A program made the translations under genes and the position numbers. A model generated the notes under the pieces. It ran no database searches and was not told where the DNA came from. It was given only the letters and a program-made list of their open reading frames with translations. From assembly GCA_965112155.1 (NCBI GenBank), contig OZ218100.1: DNA of 64,000 nucleotides; one strand, 5' to 3'. Source of the stretch: Podarcis liolepis. Lineage: Eukaryota. Numbering within the stretch: the stretch's first letter is position 1; each line of letters opens with the position of its first letter. Of this stretch, positions 37,974-48,619 are shown piece by piece.

Positions 37974-39152
37974 CTGTTTCAAAAACCAGAAAAGCATTTA
38001 CTGCAGAAGTGAAAAGATCTGGATATCGTCTCGGGATTTTCATGAATTCTCATCGTTTCAAAAACAAAGAATAATGAAACTATCTTGTATTTTGTGTAAA
38101 ATAAAAAAGGAGAGGGTTGTTATTAAGAGTTCAATCCACACATTCCGGTAAACCTTGATGATAAACTGATAGATATATTAGGAATTTTAAAGTGCAATGG
38201 AGCTAGATGGTAATGTGCCAAGTAATAGTGTGTGTCTGGGCATAATAAAGCCATCATAATGAAAAGTAGTGCCTCTGGGAAAGGCAGAGACAGGATCAAA
38301 CTCATCCTCCTCTTTAAGAATAGAATGCAAGGATTAAAGTAATATACAGTACTGTTGTAACTGTAGCCTCAAACACAACTATTATAAGGTAAGAGAAAAT
38401 TGAAGGGATCCATTTTGTCTCTGTGTGATGCTTCCCAAGCATCTCTTTAAACGTAGGCACAAAAAGAATATCTATTGTGAAGTGGATTCTCTGTGGATCC
38501 TCCTCAATCAGTAGTGATTTCCACAATCAAGATGGAAAGTGTTCAGTCTATTACAGTAGCAAGACTCTCCCCAGAGAAGCTGTGGGGGTCAGGGCTGACC
38601 CAGGAGGTATTGGTGCTTGAGGCAAAAAAACCTCCAAACAAACAACCACCACCCCTCAACCTCCTCTGCCACGGGCATGCCATGCCCCCCCTCCTCTTCC
38701 TCCATGGACATGCCATGCTGCTGTCACACACCCCACTGCTGGGCATGCCCTATACTGCTGCCATTGTTGCCAAGTTAGGCCCTTTGCTCTAAGTGCACCC
38801 ACTTCACAGCAACCTTAACAAACAGCAGCAGGAAAGACAGCCACTGCAGCAGCACGCACCAGCCTGGTGTGTGGGGTGTGGCAGTGGTGGAGGCAGGCGT
38901 GTGGCAGTGGTGGAGGCAGGGGCACAGCGCACTCCTCAGGCTCCAGATCTGCCACCTGATCTGCAACTGCCTCGCCTCAGCTCATGGGCTGTATCTTTGG
39001 AGAATGCAGTTTCTACAATACATTTTTGCATGTGAATGTATCCATGGGAGCAGATGGACCAAAGAAGTGTGAAAACTTGCTCGATCACATTGAGCTCAAT
39101 GGGACAAATTTAGAGAAAATTCAGCTTTGGAAAAGTTTTTCTGTGCATTAGC

Positions 39153-39415
39153 AGGAAGAAGAAGAAGAGGAGGAGGAGGAGGAGGAGTTTGAATTTGATA
39201 TCCTGCTTTAGGACTACCCGAAGGAGTCTCAAAGCGGCTAACATTCTCCTTTCCCTTCCTCCCCCACAACAAACACTCTGTGAGGTGAGTGGGGCTGAGA
39301 GACTTCAAAGAAGTGTGACTGGCCCAAGGTCACCCAGCAGCTGCATGTGGAGGAGCGGGGAAGCGAACCCGGTTCACCAGATTACAAGTCTACCGCTCTT
39401 AACCACTACACCACT
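39153..39415 (-). mobile_element. tRNA-derived MIR/CORE-like lizard SINE with (TCC/TTC)n tail
   Basis: Reverse strand tggtgtagtggttaagagcggtagac...gggttcgcttcccc...gggtgaccttgggccagtcac; (aga)(gga) repeat at 39153-39187. Confidence 0.85.
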
Positions 39416-40479
39416 TTAAAGAGACAGATACTTAAATGCCTGTGTTTCACAATCATTTATGTGCATAGTGGGGTGTGGCTTGAACAACTGGCAATATCTC
39501 AAAGCATCAGCGCTGTATAAATATAGCCAAGGATATAGGATATAGGAGATCATACTAGTGCACTAAGAAGTTGCATACTATGGCTATATTGAAACATAAT
39601 GCTAAATTATGGGCTGATGTTTCACAACAACAAGGCTAGCCTCCCCCTGGGCTTATGCACTCTCCCCTTTCTCTCTTCTTTCCAGTTTGGTCACGAATAG
39701 CAGACTGGAAGCTTCCACTTCCAGTTTTGGATTAACTGCAGTTTAGTGTGTAACCAAACTGTGGTTAATCTTAACTATGGTTAGGAAAAAAAAGTGTGGT
39801 TTGAAATTGGCTTGTTTCCACTAGCTGGATTTAAGCTTAGCCACAGTTCAGGTTGGACAACATGGCAAGCTACAGTTAAGCTAAAATGAAAATAAAGCTT
39901 AGACATACACTACATGTCAGAGATGCTTGCAAAATCCAATAAGCCGTTTAGTGTAACGATCTAGGCAGCCAAGCCACAATCTACAGAGGAAAAAGGTTTT
40001 GCCATATTGCCATGCCATTTAAGTTATCTAGTTCAGGACCATTTTAGTTACATCTGGGAGATTGGAATTTCTGGTGTATGTGGACATCCTTTTACTTTTA
40101 GTGTATTTCTGTTAAAATTGCAGATATTACCAGCTGCAGCCTTCATTATGCTTTTGCATAGCTACTGATAGGAAATAAGATGAATGCTCCAATTTCTTTC
40201 TTTTTACATGTTATTTGATTTATCAATAGCATAATAGCATCATCTCATTAATTTTCAATTCTGAAAAGGAAAAAAAACCTAGAATAAACTAGTAAAAGAA
40301 AAGAAAAATATATAACTCAGGTGAGCATAGAGTTTGTTACAACTAAGTATTGTCATATGTCTACACAGCTTACTCTGCATCAGAAAAAGAAAGAAAAGGG
40401 GCTTTCATGGGCTAGAGAATAAATTCTTAAGCATATATTCACATAAGCTGATATTTCTATATAACATAAATGCACAAAC

Positions 40480-40634
40480 CTCTGGACCAGCTGATCTGCC
40501 TGATAATATTTTCCATCAATAAGAATCTGGGCATCCAAGACTTGTTGACGCAGCAGATTCTCACATTCAAGTAGATAACCTGCGATCTCAGCTTCATTCT
40601 GGAACTGCAGACCTGATTCTAATCGCTTTGCATC
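40480..40634 (-). CDS. DST: Dystonin plakin exon [32 protein letters not shown]...DQLVQ(R)
   Basis: acacag|GAT ... AG|gtttgt; 155 nt. Confidence 0.95.
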
Positions 40635-41099
40635 CTGTGTTAAAAATACAACTTGAATTTAATCATGCATTTAACTGGAGAAGAAACTTTATATAAAATA
40701 CAATGAATATTTTGTACCATTATCATATTCTGAAAATTATAATAGTTACAATATTTTACAATAGTTATCTTTATTCAGACATGCTTTACAATGTTTATCT
40801 GTGGATTAACATGCATGGTAAGATAAACCCAAGGTGAAAGTCACATTATCACAGTGATGACCAACTAAATCATATTCAGAATAAGCTCATTAAGATCAGC
40901 GGACTTAAGTTAGTCCATTGTTTCAATGGATCTAATCTGAGTATGACAGTCAGATACCTCCCAGATACTTGGGGTTTTTTGGATACCAATCCACATGTTT
41001 ATATATACATAAAACAGCATGCTTCGTCCAGTGTGTGTAGCAAAATAAGGTGAAAATGATATTTAGACAGCTAAACCAATGTTCATGTGTAAAAACCCA

Positions 41100-41229
41100 N
41101 NNNNNNNNNNNNNNNNNNNNNNNNNNNNNNNNNNNNNNNNNNNNNNNNNNNNNNNNNNNNNNNNNNNNNNNNNNNNNNNNNNNNNNNNNNNNNNNNNNNN
41201 NNNNNNNNNNNNNNNNNNNNNNNNNNNNN
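41100..41229. other. Assembly gap (130 N), intronic
   Basis: Run of n; flanking exons join in frame, so no constitutive exon is missing. Confidence 0.99.
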
Positions 41230-42684
41230 TCAAACATTTTAGCTTTTTCTTTCATCAGTAACACCACTAGATTTCAAGTCAGTCATTGGAAACTAAGGTG
41301 ATAGTCTTCAGAATGATGCGAATCGAGAGAGTTTACAGCAAAGTGCAAAACTTCAAGTGTCCCAGGATCAGACTTTTTTCTGTTGGAAAAAATTCCCGTT
41401 CTGAGTTGTTGCAACTTTCTACATTAAAATGCCTTCCAAAAGGTTCCAAAAGCTTTTTCTTTGTGATGGCTGAAGTGCTTTCAAAAATGGTTACAAATGT
41501 GTAGTTGCCTTGCTACACACCTTTCTAACATACGACATTGCAAAGACTTGCAGGCGATATTCTTTTTTACTGAACAGGTTCGCCAGACAGTCTGTTTTTG
41601 CTGATGGCATTTGCCCTAAGATAACTACAGCTGATGCAATGGTTGGAGTCACAATAATGTAACAAAGGACTGATAGCATTTTGTAGGTTTGGAGGCTGGA
41701 GGAAAGCAGTGATAGGAGATTTGCTGGTGGCTTTTAAATGGTATTATAACTTGGCTATCAAGAGGTAGATGTCTTTAACTGCAAGGTGGTAGCTGGATAA
41801 AATTATATCATGACAGGGTTGTGGAGTTCCTTTTTAGTATCCTCAAGTAAAATACTAGGGTCTAAGCCATAGGCAGCATTGCTGGGGACATAACCTTTGC
41901 ACCCATTCTAGAAATTGTAAGTCATCCTCCACCACAACCACAAGCTTGATTAACCTGCCGCATGACATTTCCATGCAGACGACCACATTCTTACAAACTC
42001 ATTAATATTTCTATTTAAAAAACCATCAAATTCTTGGATACTATAAGGAACAGAAAACTCCTGGATTTACAGACTGACCCCTCTAAAACCTAGGACTTGG
42101 AGAATATTGCCTAAAAGCATACATGCACTTTTAATCAAACCTTGCTTGCAAAATTATAGCACCTGTCTTCTTCCTAAGAATTGTCTCCACCCTTAGTATT
42201 TGCAGGGTGGAAACAGATGCTATTCTCAAGTGAGGCTGTGAACATATATTCTCCACCCTTAAAACAAATCACCTTGGAATCCAACAAGTGTATGAATTTA
42301 AAACATTTAACATTCTTTAAGCCTGTCCATTTTGTCTGCCACTTATTAACATCAGCTTCCACCTCCATTTTACATGACTGAGGAAATAATTTGCATGCTT
42401 TTCTAGGATATCCCAGTATGTTCTAGCCCCTGCCAACCAACAAAGAGGTATTCTTCTTGTCCTCATAATTCCAAGAGACATTGTGGTAATTCCAGTTATA
42501 CAAACAGAAGACATCAAGCCAACAGATGGTGATTTGGTACTGGTCACCCAGGAAGCACATGTCTGTGCAAGAATTTTAATCCAGATTTTGCAGCTTCAAC
42601 TCCACCCCTTGATCCAGTGGTCTATGCTGGGGGGTTTTATATACAGATAAGAAGACAGGAAACTAGCTATCCAAATACACTTAC

Positions 42685-42778
42685 TGATTGCACAGCATTT
42701 CGAGCAAGCATTAGTTTGTCTTCGCAGCCCAGGCTGTCTCGCTGAATTCTGTTTGCAATCTGCTGCAGCATTTCTAAC
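42685..42778 (-). CDS. DST: Dystonin exon (R)[31 protein letters not shown], shared acceptor for a/b and e isoforms
   Basis: ttttag|G TTA ... TCA|gtaagt; 94 nt; both upstream exons (45612 and 42889) end in phase 2. Confidence 0.95.
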
Positions 42779-42888
42779 CTAAAAGAAGTCAGAAGTTAAG
42801 ACAAATCACATGGGGCTGGTCATTAACATCTCGATTCTGCTACCAGATAAAAACGCACCACATTCTGCAGAATAATACCAGCACTTAC

Positions 42889-43055
42889 CTGGTTCCTTCC
42901 TTGGGACCATTGCCAAAGCTTATACAAGAATTAACAAGGGTAGGACCACAGTTAACAGACAAGAAGTTTTCATTGGAATCAATGCTGGTCCGGGTGCTAG
43001 TGCTGTTACTAAATACAGAGTCACTGCTGTGGTAGCCGTAACTGTTCGCATTCAT
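42889..43055 (-). CDS. DST: BPAG1e-specific first coding exon MNANSYGYHSSDSVFSNSTSTRTSIDSNENFLSVNCGPTLVNSCISFGNGPKEGT(R)
   Basis: aaaATG at 43055, AG|gtaagt at 42889; 167 nt; resembles the human BP230 N-terminus (MHSSSYSYRSSDSVFSNTTSTRTS...) as recalled; below the ORF-track length cutoff. Confidence 0.93.
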
Positions 43056-43178
43056 TTTTTTACAGCCAGAAAGCTATCCCGCTGGTCATTTAAAAAGTCG
43101 AGAAGACAAAATGCCTGCAAAAACATACAGCTTCCAGGGACTAGGTGGCTTTAAGGACAAAAACCAAGCTCTGCATCC

Positions 43179-43365
43179 TTAAATAGGTCTCAGCATGCAT
43201 ATTCAAAGCCCTGCAAGTAACATTCTCATTCCTCTTCAGAAGACTTCGCCTTCAGCTATATATGCCAATGTGGGCTTGGCTTTTGTAGCTTGAATTGCCT
43301 GTGCAAGTATGGACTAATCAGAACGATTAGGGTGTTCACTCGGAAAGAGGGATGCCAAATATTTT
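43179..43365 (-). promoter_or_regulatory. DST: Putative BPAG1e internal promoter (TATA-like TATTTAA 43185-43179; KRE3-like AAAATATTTG 43365-43356)
   Basis: TATA-like motif about 125 nt upstream of the e-isoform ATG; near-palindrome caaatatttt about 175 nt further upstream. Confidence 0.5.
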
Positions 43366-43877
43366 ATGTAAGGCTCATCCAATTTCAACAAACTAAACAA
43401 TTTGAGGAGCGGGGAGGGAACTCCCCTTCAACAGTTTCACAACCTTTAGTCTCCCTACACTTAGCATAGGTTTTTCAGTAGTTTCTCATCCAGGTCCATA
43501 CCCACTTTGCTTCAGAAATGTTGCTTCAGAAATACTGCTCCCAAAACATACATTGGCCCCATACACAGCAGTCTAAACATTTGCTCTAAACAGTATTAAA
43601 GCTTATGCTCTGGCCATGTCCCTCTTAAAACTATACATAGCCCCCGTTGGAAAGAACTAAAATGAAGTATGTGTGGTTTGTTCACTTTAAGTACATACAA
43701 CATGCATTTATTAATTTTAAAAAATCAGGTCAAAATATTAAGATTAATCTTTATCTTCTAAATAGGAAAATTAGTGCCTGCTTGCCATATTGATGCCATT
43801 TTGTTGAATTTAATGGAGATACTGTGGTTTAAAATGTGATAGTGAATCAATTATTTGGACAGCTTCATCATTATGGG

Positions 43878-43903
43878 GTGTGTGTGTGTGTGTGTGTGTG
43901 TGT
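43878..43903. repeat. (GT)13 microsatellite upstream of the BPAG1e promoter
   Basis: Directly visible. Confidence 0.95.
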
Positions 43904-44439
43904 AATTCAGAATGTTTGCCAAAGTTGGTATATGTATTTTACCTCCTCCTGGCAATCAGTAATCATGTTAATGTCAAAAATGAAATCCAATGGCATTCTT
44001 TAGCTTTCAGCTCACAGAAAATCTCAATTCTTATTCATGTTTCAAATGGTAAATGAGCAGCTGGGATCTTCCTCTGTTGACCCTCAAGGATGGTGCCTGC
44101 ACACTATCTTCTCTAAAAGGTAGAGAGCTTCATTCTTACTCCTATTAGTCAATCATTTCATGTTCTATAAAACCCCACCCATATCATGCCATTGCTGCTT
44201 GAAGCTATAAACAAGCTGAGCTTTTCCTTAAAAGACTGTGCTGGCTTGCTATTTGGCCCTTGCATGCTTGGCGGAAAAAAAATCGTACTGGCTGCTGAAT
44301 AGCATGTAATTACACGTGTTAACTCCGGGTGCATGGGTGCCCATGATCCATGTCTGTATTAAAGTATACTACAAACTTATTGCTCTATGATCCTGTGACA
44401 TGTCAGTTCCCTATCTATTGACTTCAGCACCAAGTTAAT

Positions 44440-44670
44440 TAATTTATTTAGTTTCATAAACTGTATACACTGCTTGATTGTGAAAAGCCTCAAAACGGTT
44501 TACAAAAATATAAAACAAGAAAATCAAAACTCACACCCAAACTTTAAAACATACAAAATACTAAAACAGATTAAAATTACCTCAACTTTCTAAGCATCAG
44601 GGTAAGCTTGTCTAAACAATCATGATTTTAGCAGGCACAGAAAAGAGTACGGTGGAGGCACCTGATATCA
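44440..44670 (-). mobile_element. L2-type LINE 3' fragment
   Basis: tttatt...tatacactgcttgattg...aaaacggtttaca...ttttagcaggcacagaaaag pattern typical of antisense L2 ends. Confidence 0.5.
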
Positions 44671-45611
44671 ATAGTTGATAGGATTGCTCTTATTAATCTA
44701 CTCATCTTAAAGATACAGTAACATATATCATGGTGGGTTGTGTGTGCAAAAGGGGCTACCGATTAGGAGAGGAAGAGACACGGAAAGAGAGGTGGTTTGT
44801 ATGCAAGTGAGAGTTGAAAAAGGATGGAGGAAAAAGAAGGTGAAGGTGAAAGTGGTGTGGGTATGTGCAAAGGGGCTGCAGAATAGGAGTTCAGAGAAGG
44901 CATGGCTATGTTGGGGCGTGATCTGTGCGCAAAGAAGAATTGAAAAACGGAAGGAAGGTGGACGAAAAAAACAGAGTGAAAGTGAAAATGGGAATGCACA
45001 AGGGGCTGCAAAAAAAAAGAAGGGAATAGGAGGCATCGGAATGGGGCGAAGAGGTAAACAGGGGCATGAAAGAATCTGCAGAGCAGGAGAGGACAGTGGC
45101 TTCATAGTTGGCCGGAAGATGGAAAGGGTGCTTAGCAGTAATGTGTGGGAAGAGGAAATGCAGGAGATTATTGGGGGGGGGGTACTTTGTATGCAAGGGG
45201 GCTTGCACAAAAGGGTGAGAGGAGACATGGGCAAAGGTAAAAACAGGAGTGCAAAGAGGGACTGCAGAAGAGAAGAAAGAAGTGGCTTCAGAAATGGGGT
45301 TGGGAAGGTGAATAGTAAGATGAGCAGCTGTGTGGATTAGGAAATTAATGTGGGGGGAAGTGGCAGTGGGGTTAGCAAGCAGAGCAAGCAGGGGTGCAGA
45401 CCCTAGTAATAAAATTAAACTTAGGTTTGGATGGATTTCTTATAATAAACGGTTGAGCCTATCAAATAAGATTCTAACTTGCCAATGTACCTAAAGTTGA
45501 TTTTAAGTATTCTAATAAAAGTGCCCTTGTCCATTTCGCAAAATACCGCACTGGCCATTTTCAAACGAGCAGGCAGAGAAGCAAGCTTGTAAAACAAAAA
45601 TACCAACATAC

Positions 45612-45739
45612 CTTTCAACTTCTGGTCGAAGTGTTTTTTCTCTTTCCAACATAGCAATAATTAGCTTCCCCCACTCTTTCTCTATGTCATTTGGGTGGTA
45701 ACCTTGAGGAAGCTTGATACGCCCAAATTCTATCCAAAC
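45612..45739 (-). CDS. DST: Dystonin a/b exon [42 protein letters not shown](R)
   Basis: ttgaag|GTT ... AG|gtatgt; 128 nt. Confidence 0.96.
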
Positions 45740-45827
45740 CTTCAAAACAAGGAATGATTACATAAAGCCAGGATAAAAGGAAACAAGACCAGCATTCGAA
45801 AATACATTTTTTTTAAAAATGGCTTAC

Positions 45828-45923
45828 CTCCAGTAATTTATATAGGTGTTTGATTTTTGATTTCTCTATCTCCTTTGGTGGAATTTCTGTTTCTTTAAAT
45901 TGTAAATATTGGTTATAAAGTGC
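45828..45923 (-). CDS. DST: Dystonin a/b exon [32 protein letters not shown]
   Basis: ctttag|GCA ... GAG|gtaagc; 96 nt. Confidence 0.95.
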
Positions 45924-47043
45924 CTAAAGAAAAACAAACAAGCATTGTTGTCATGTTTCTAAAAAATAGTTTTACTATTTACTCTGAATTGTTGGTCTGC
46001 TGAAGCTTTTGAAAATCTTTTCATGCCCATAAGTGTGGAACCGGTTTGTGTGGGTTTACTCACTATCCTAACCAAACCCCTTCTTAGATTTACAATGGGA
46101 AGAGGAGAATTAATATGTCAAGTGCCTAATTCAACCTTCACTTGGCATCCCCATGCCTTAAATTCAAATATAATACTGACTATTCCGAGCACTGGCATTC
46201 ATGGTCTCAATCCAGAAAACAGCAGCTGGCACAGAATTCTGTTCAATTTCTTCCTTCGGAATGTGACTTGACAGTCCAGACCCCAAACTTTGAGTTAGAT
46301 GGGGCAATAGTTCGCACAGCCTCAGTTAAAATTTCATCTCAGTGCCTCCAAGCCAGGGGAATCCCCTGTGCTGCTCAATACTGACATGGAAGCTGTACAA
46401 CTGGACTGTGTCTTCTTCCCAAATTTCTAGGAGCCCAAAGGCTACAATGTGTAACTAGCCACGACCTGGCAAGCTTTTTACCTGCATGGGATGATTGAGG
46501 GTCAAAATCTACAAGGTCAGAAGATAGCTGTATCGCTGACTACCCATTGTGTAAAAACTCTGTTTATGGTAAACTTTATTTGAGCTCCTCTGGGAGGAAG
46601 GTGAATATATGCATTTAATTAATTAAACTAACATGACCAATAGAAGGCTTAGCCTTCTGTCTGACATGCTAGCTTCCCATCAACAGAATGTTTTTATTCT
46701 GGGAAGCATTCAATTATGCAACTTGCACTACCACCCACACTCCCAGGAAAGCCCTACCAATGCTTTTCTTCTGAATTCATGGATTGTTTCCTGGCTATAA
46801 GTGAGGTTGGACTAAGAATCAGTGCTCTAGCTGGACAAGAGACAGGCTGCATCTGAGGGAAAGAGTTGAGAATTTTTGAGCCCAATATTATGTGCTCCAG
46901 CAGTGGCACACAAGGGAATATGAGTAGGCTGTTACTAATTTGTATAGGAGTTTGTAAATCATGCTCTAAATAGGGAGGTGATCCCTCTAAAAGAATTAAT
47001 ACAGAATGCACTTTATTCTGTATCTTGATAATGTAAACATTAC

Positions 47044-47163
47044 CTTGAGTTCCACAGGATTGTTTGGAAACGCTCTGTCAGTCATCATCGTGGCATGGTG
47101 CCTGATCCACTGGATGAGGTAGTTCACCATATTCTGGTATTCAACCCACTTGACTTCAACATC
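47044..47163 (-). CDS. DST: Dystonin a/b exon [40 protein letters not shown]
   Basis: tgctag|GAT ... AAG|gtaatg; 120 nt. Confidence 0.95.
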
Positions 47164-47559
47164 CTAGCAAGCAAGTAGGAATAAAGTTCTATCAAAGCAT
47201 TTTGTAGCACTGGAAGCCTACAGCAACAGATCTGACGGGCCGCTATGCCAACTCAGAATAGGATAGTGAGTCCTATAGCCATCTCTCTCTCTTGGCCCTT
47301 CGTGCTCCTACTGAGTTCCCTGCTCATAACGCTGCAGTGATGGAAGAAGCCCACAGTTCAGAACTAGGGCAATCCACTTTCTATGCAACTCTTAGTATTC
47401 AGATTCTACATCGGCCCTATGCTTCTTTAGCTCCTGGTCCCCAAAACCCCAGTTCTTCATATCTCCCTTATCTGTATATCCATCTCCTTCCCATCGCTGC
47501 ACTGAATACGATGTTTAGGCCCAGCCGTAATTTCTCCTTTGCTTCTATTCATTTCATTC

Positions 47560-48160
47560 CCCTACCAACCATGTATCATGAGCTGGCAGTGGCCCACTGG
47601 CACCTGTGTCATGGGGTCAATAAACTGTGCTTCGGGTGCATAGGTCCCATGTCTAAAAGATGGGGCAACATGCTCATTCTGGACAGAGTCACACTTCCTC
47701 TAAAGGAGAAAGTGAATAGGCACTCCTGAATAGATCTCTATCACTAGAGACACAAGTGTCCCATGTGACTAGGTGTGCCTTTTACCTAAAGGTCAGCTAT
47801 TCCAACTCCTTGTGATACAGGAATCCTGCCCACAGCTGTCCCTGGGTAGGCTCAAACCACCAACCTTCTGATTAACAGCCAGATGCACTGACCCACTGCA
47901 ACACCTTAGCTTTATCACATCCACCAGTTATGGCGGTTCCTACACTGGGATGGTCAGACCAATGTAGTCTATGTACTTGGTAACCTCAGGGCAGGATTGC
48001 TGCAATGGACTCTATGTAGGGCTTCCCTTGAGCCTGGTTTTGGAGCTCCAGCTGGTGCAGAATGTGGTGGTCAGACTGCTGATGGAGGCACATGACCGAC
48101 AAAAGGTGACACAATTGTAAAATCAGCTGCACAGACTTCTCACATACTACCAAGCCAGGT
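47560..48160 (+). mobile_element. Degenerate L2 ORF2 fragment interrupted by a SINE
   Basis: Encodes ...GLYVGLPLSLVLELQLVQNVVVRLL..., L2 reverse-transcriptase C-terminal motif. Confidence 0.65.
47791..47905 (-). mobile_element. SINE with tRNA-Asn(GTT)-derived head and CR1-like tail
   Basis: Reverse strand ggtcagtgcatctggctgttaatcagaaggttggtggtttgagcctacccaggga then attcctgtatcacaaggagttggaatagctgacc. Confidence 0.75.
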
Positions 48161-48290
48161 TCGAATGTCCAAATCCCAGCAATCAGATAATATCCTCTTT
48201 TCTTTACAATTGCCAGTGAAATTAATCCTTCTCCATGACAAGCTTGTGTTGTATGTGAACATAGTTTGTAATTGCTAATATTTTACTTAC

Positions 48291-48397
48291 ATGTGCACTG
48301 ATGCCTTCACCACCTTCTGGTACTTTGGGAAATGCATCATAAAGTGATGACACATAAGTGATTACTGACTTCTCATCAGGCGAGGAGACATCAACAT
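48291..48397 (-). CDS. DST: Dystonin CH2-end exon (D)[35 protein letters not shown]
   Basis: ttttag|AT ... CAT|gtaagt; 107 nt. Confidence 0.96.
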
Positions 48398-48506
48398 CTA
48401 AAAAAAGACATGACACAGCTAATGTCTACCATACATACATTAGAGAGTTACAATTCCAATGCAGTCTGATGCTATGATCTACTAAGGATCCCATTCACAA
48501 ACTCAC

Positions 48507-48619
48507 CTTCGGGGTCCAGAAGTCTGGCAACACCAAGTTTTTCTGCTACAAAAAAAGCATGCTCTAAATTTGCAAGGTTGCTTTGAACAGCAACGGTATT
48601 CATGTCTATCAGGTCCGGC
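48507..48619 (-). CDS. DST: Dystonin CH2 exon (R)[37 protein letters not shown]
   Basis: ttgcag|G CCG ... G|gtgagt; 113 nt. Confidence 0.96.

Noticed and set aside
40950-41301. ORFs containing X runs
   Set aside because: Artefacts of translating through the N gap.
44738-45340. 200-aa plus-strand ORF and overlapping minus-strand ORFs
   Set aside because: By-product of a purine-skewed low-complexity tract; no domain, no splice context.
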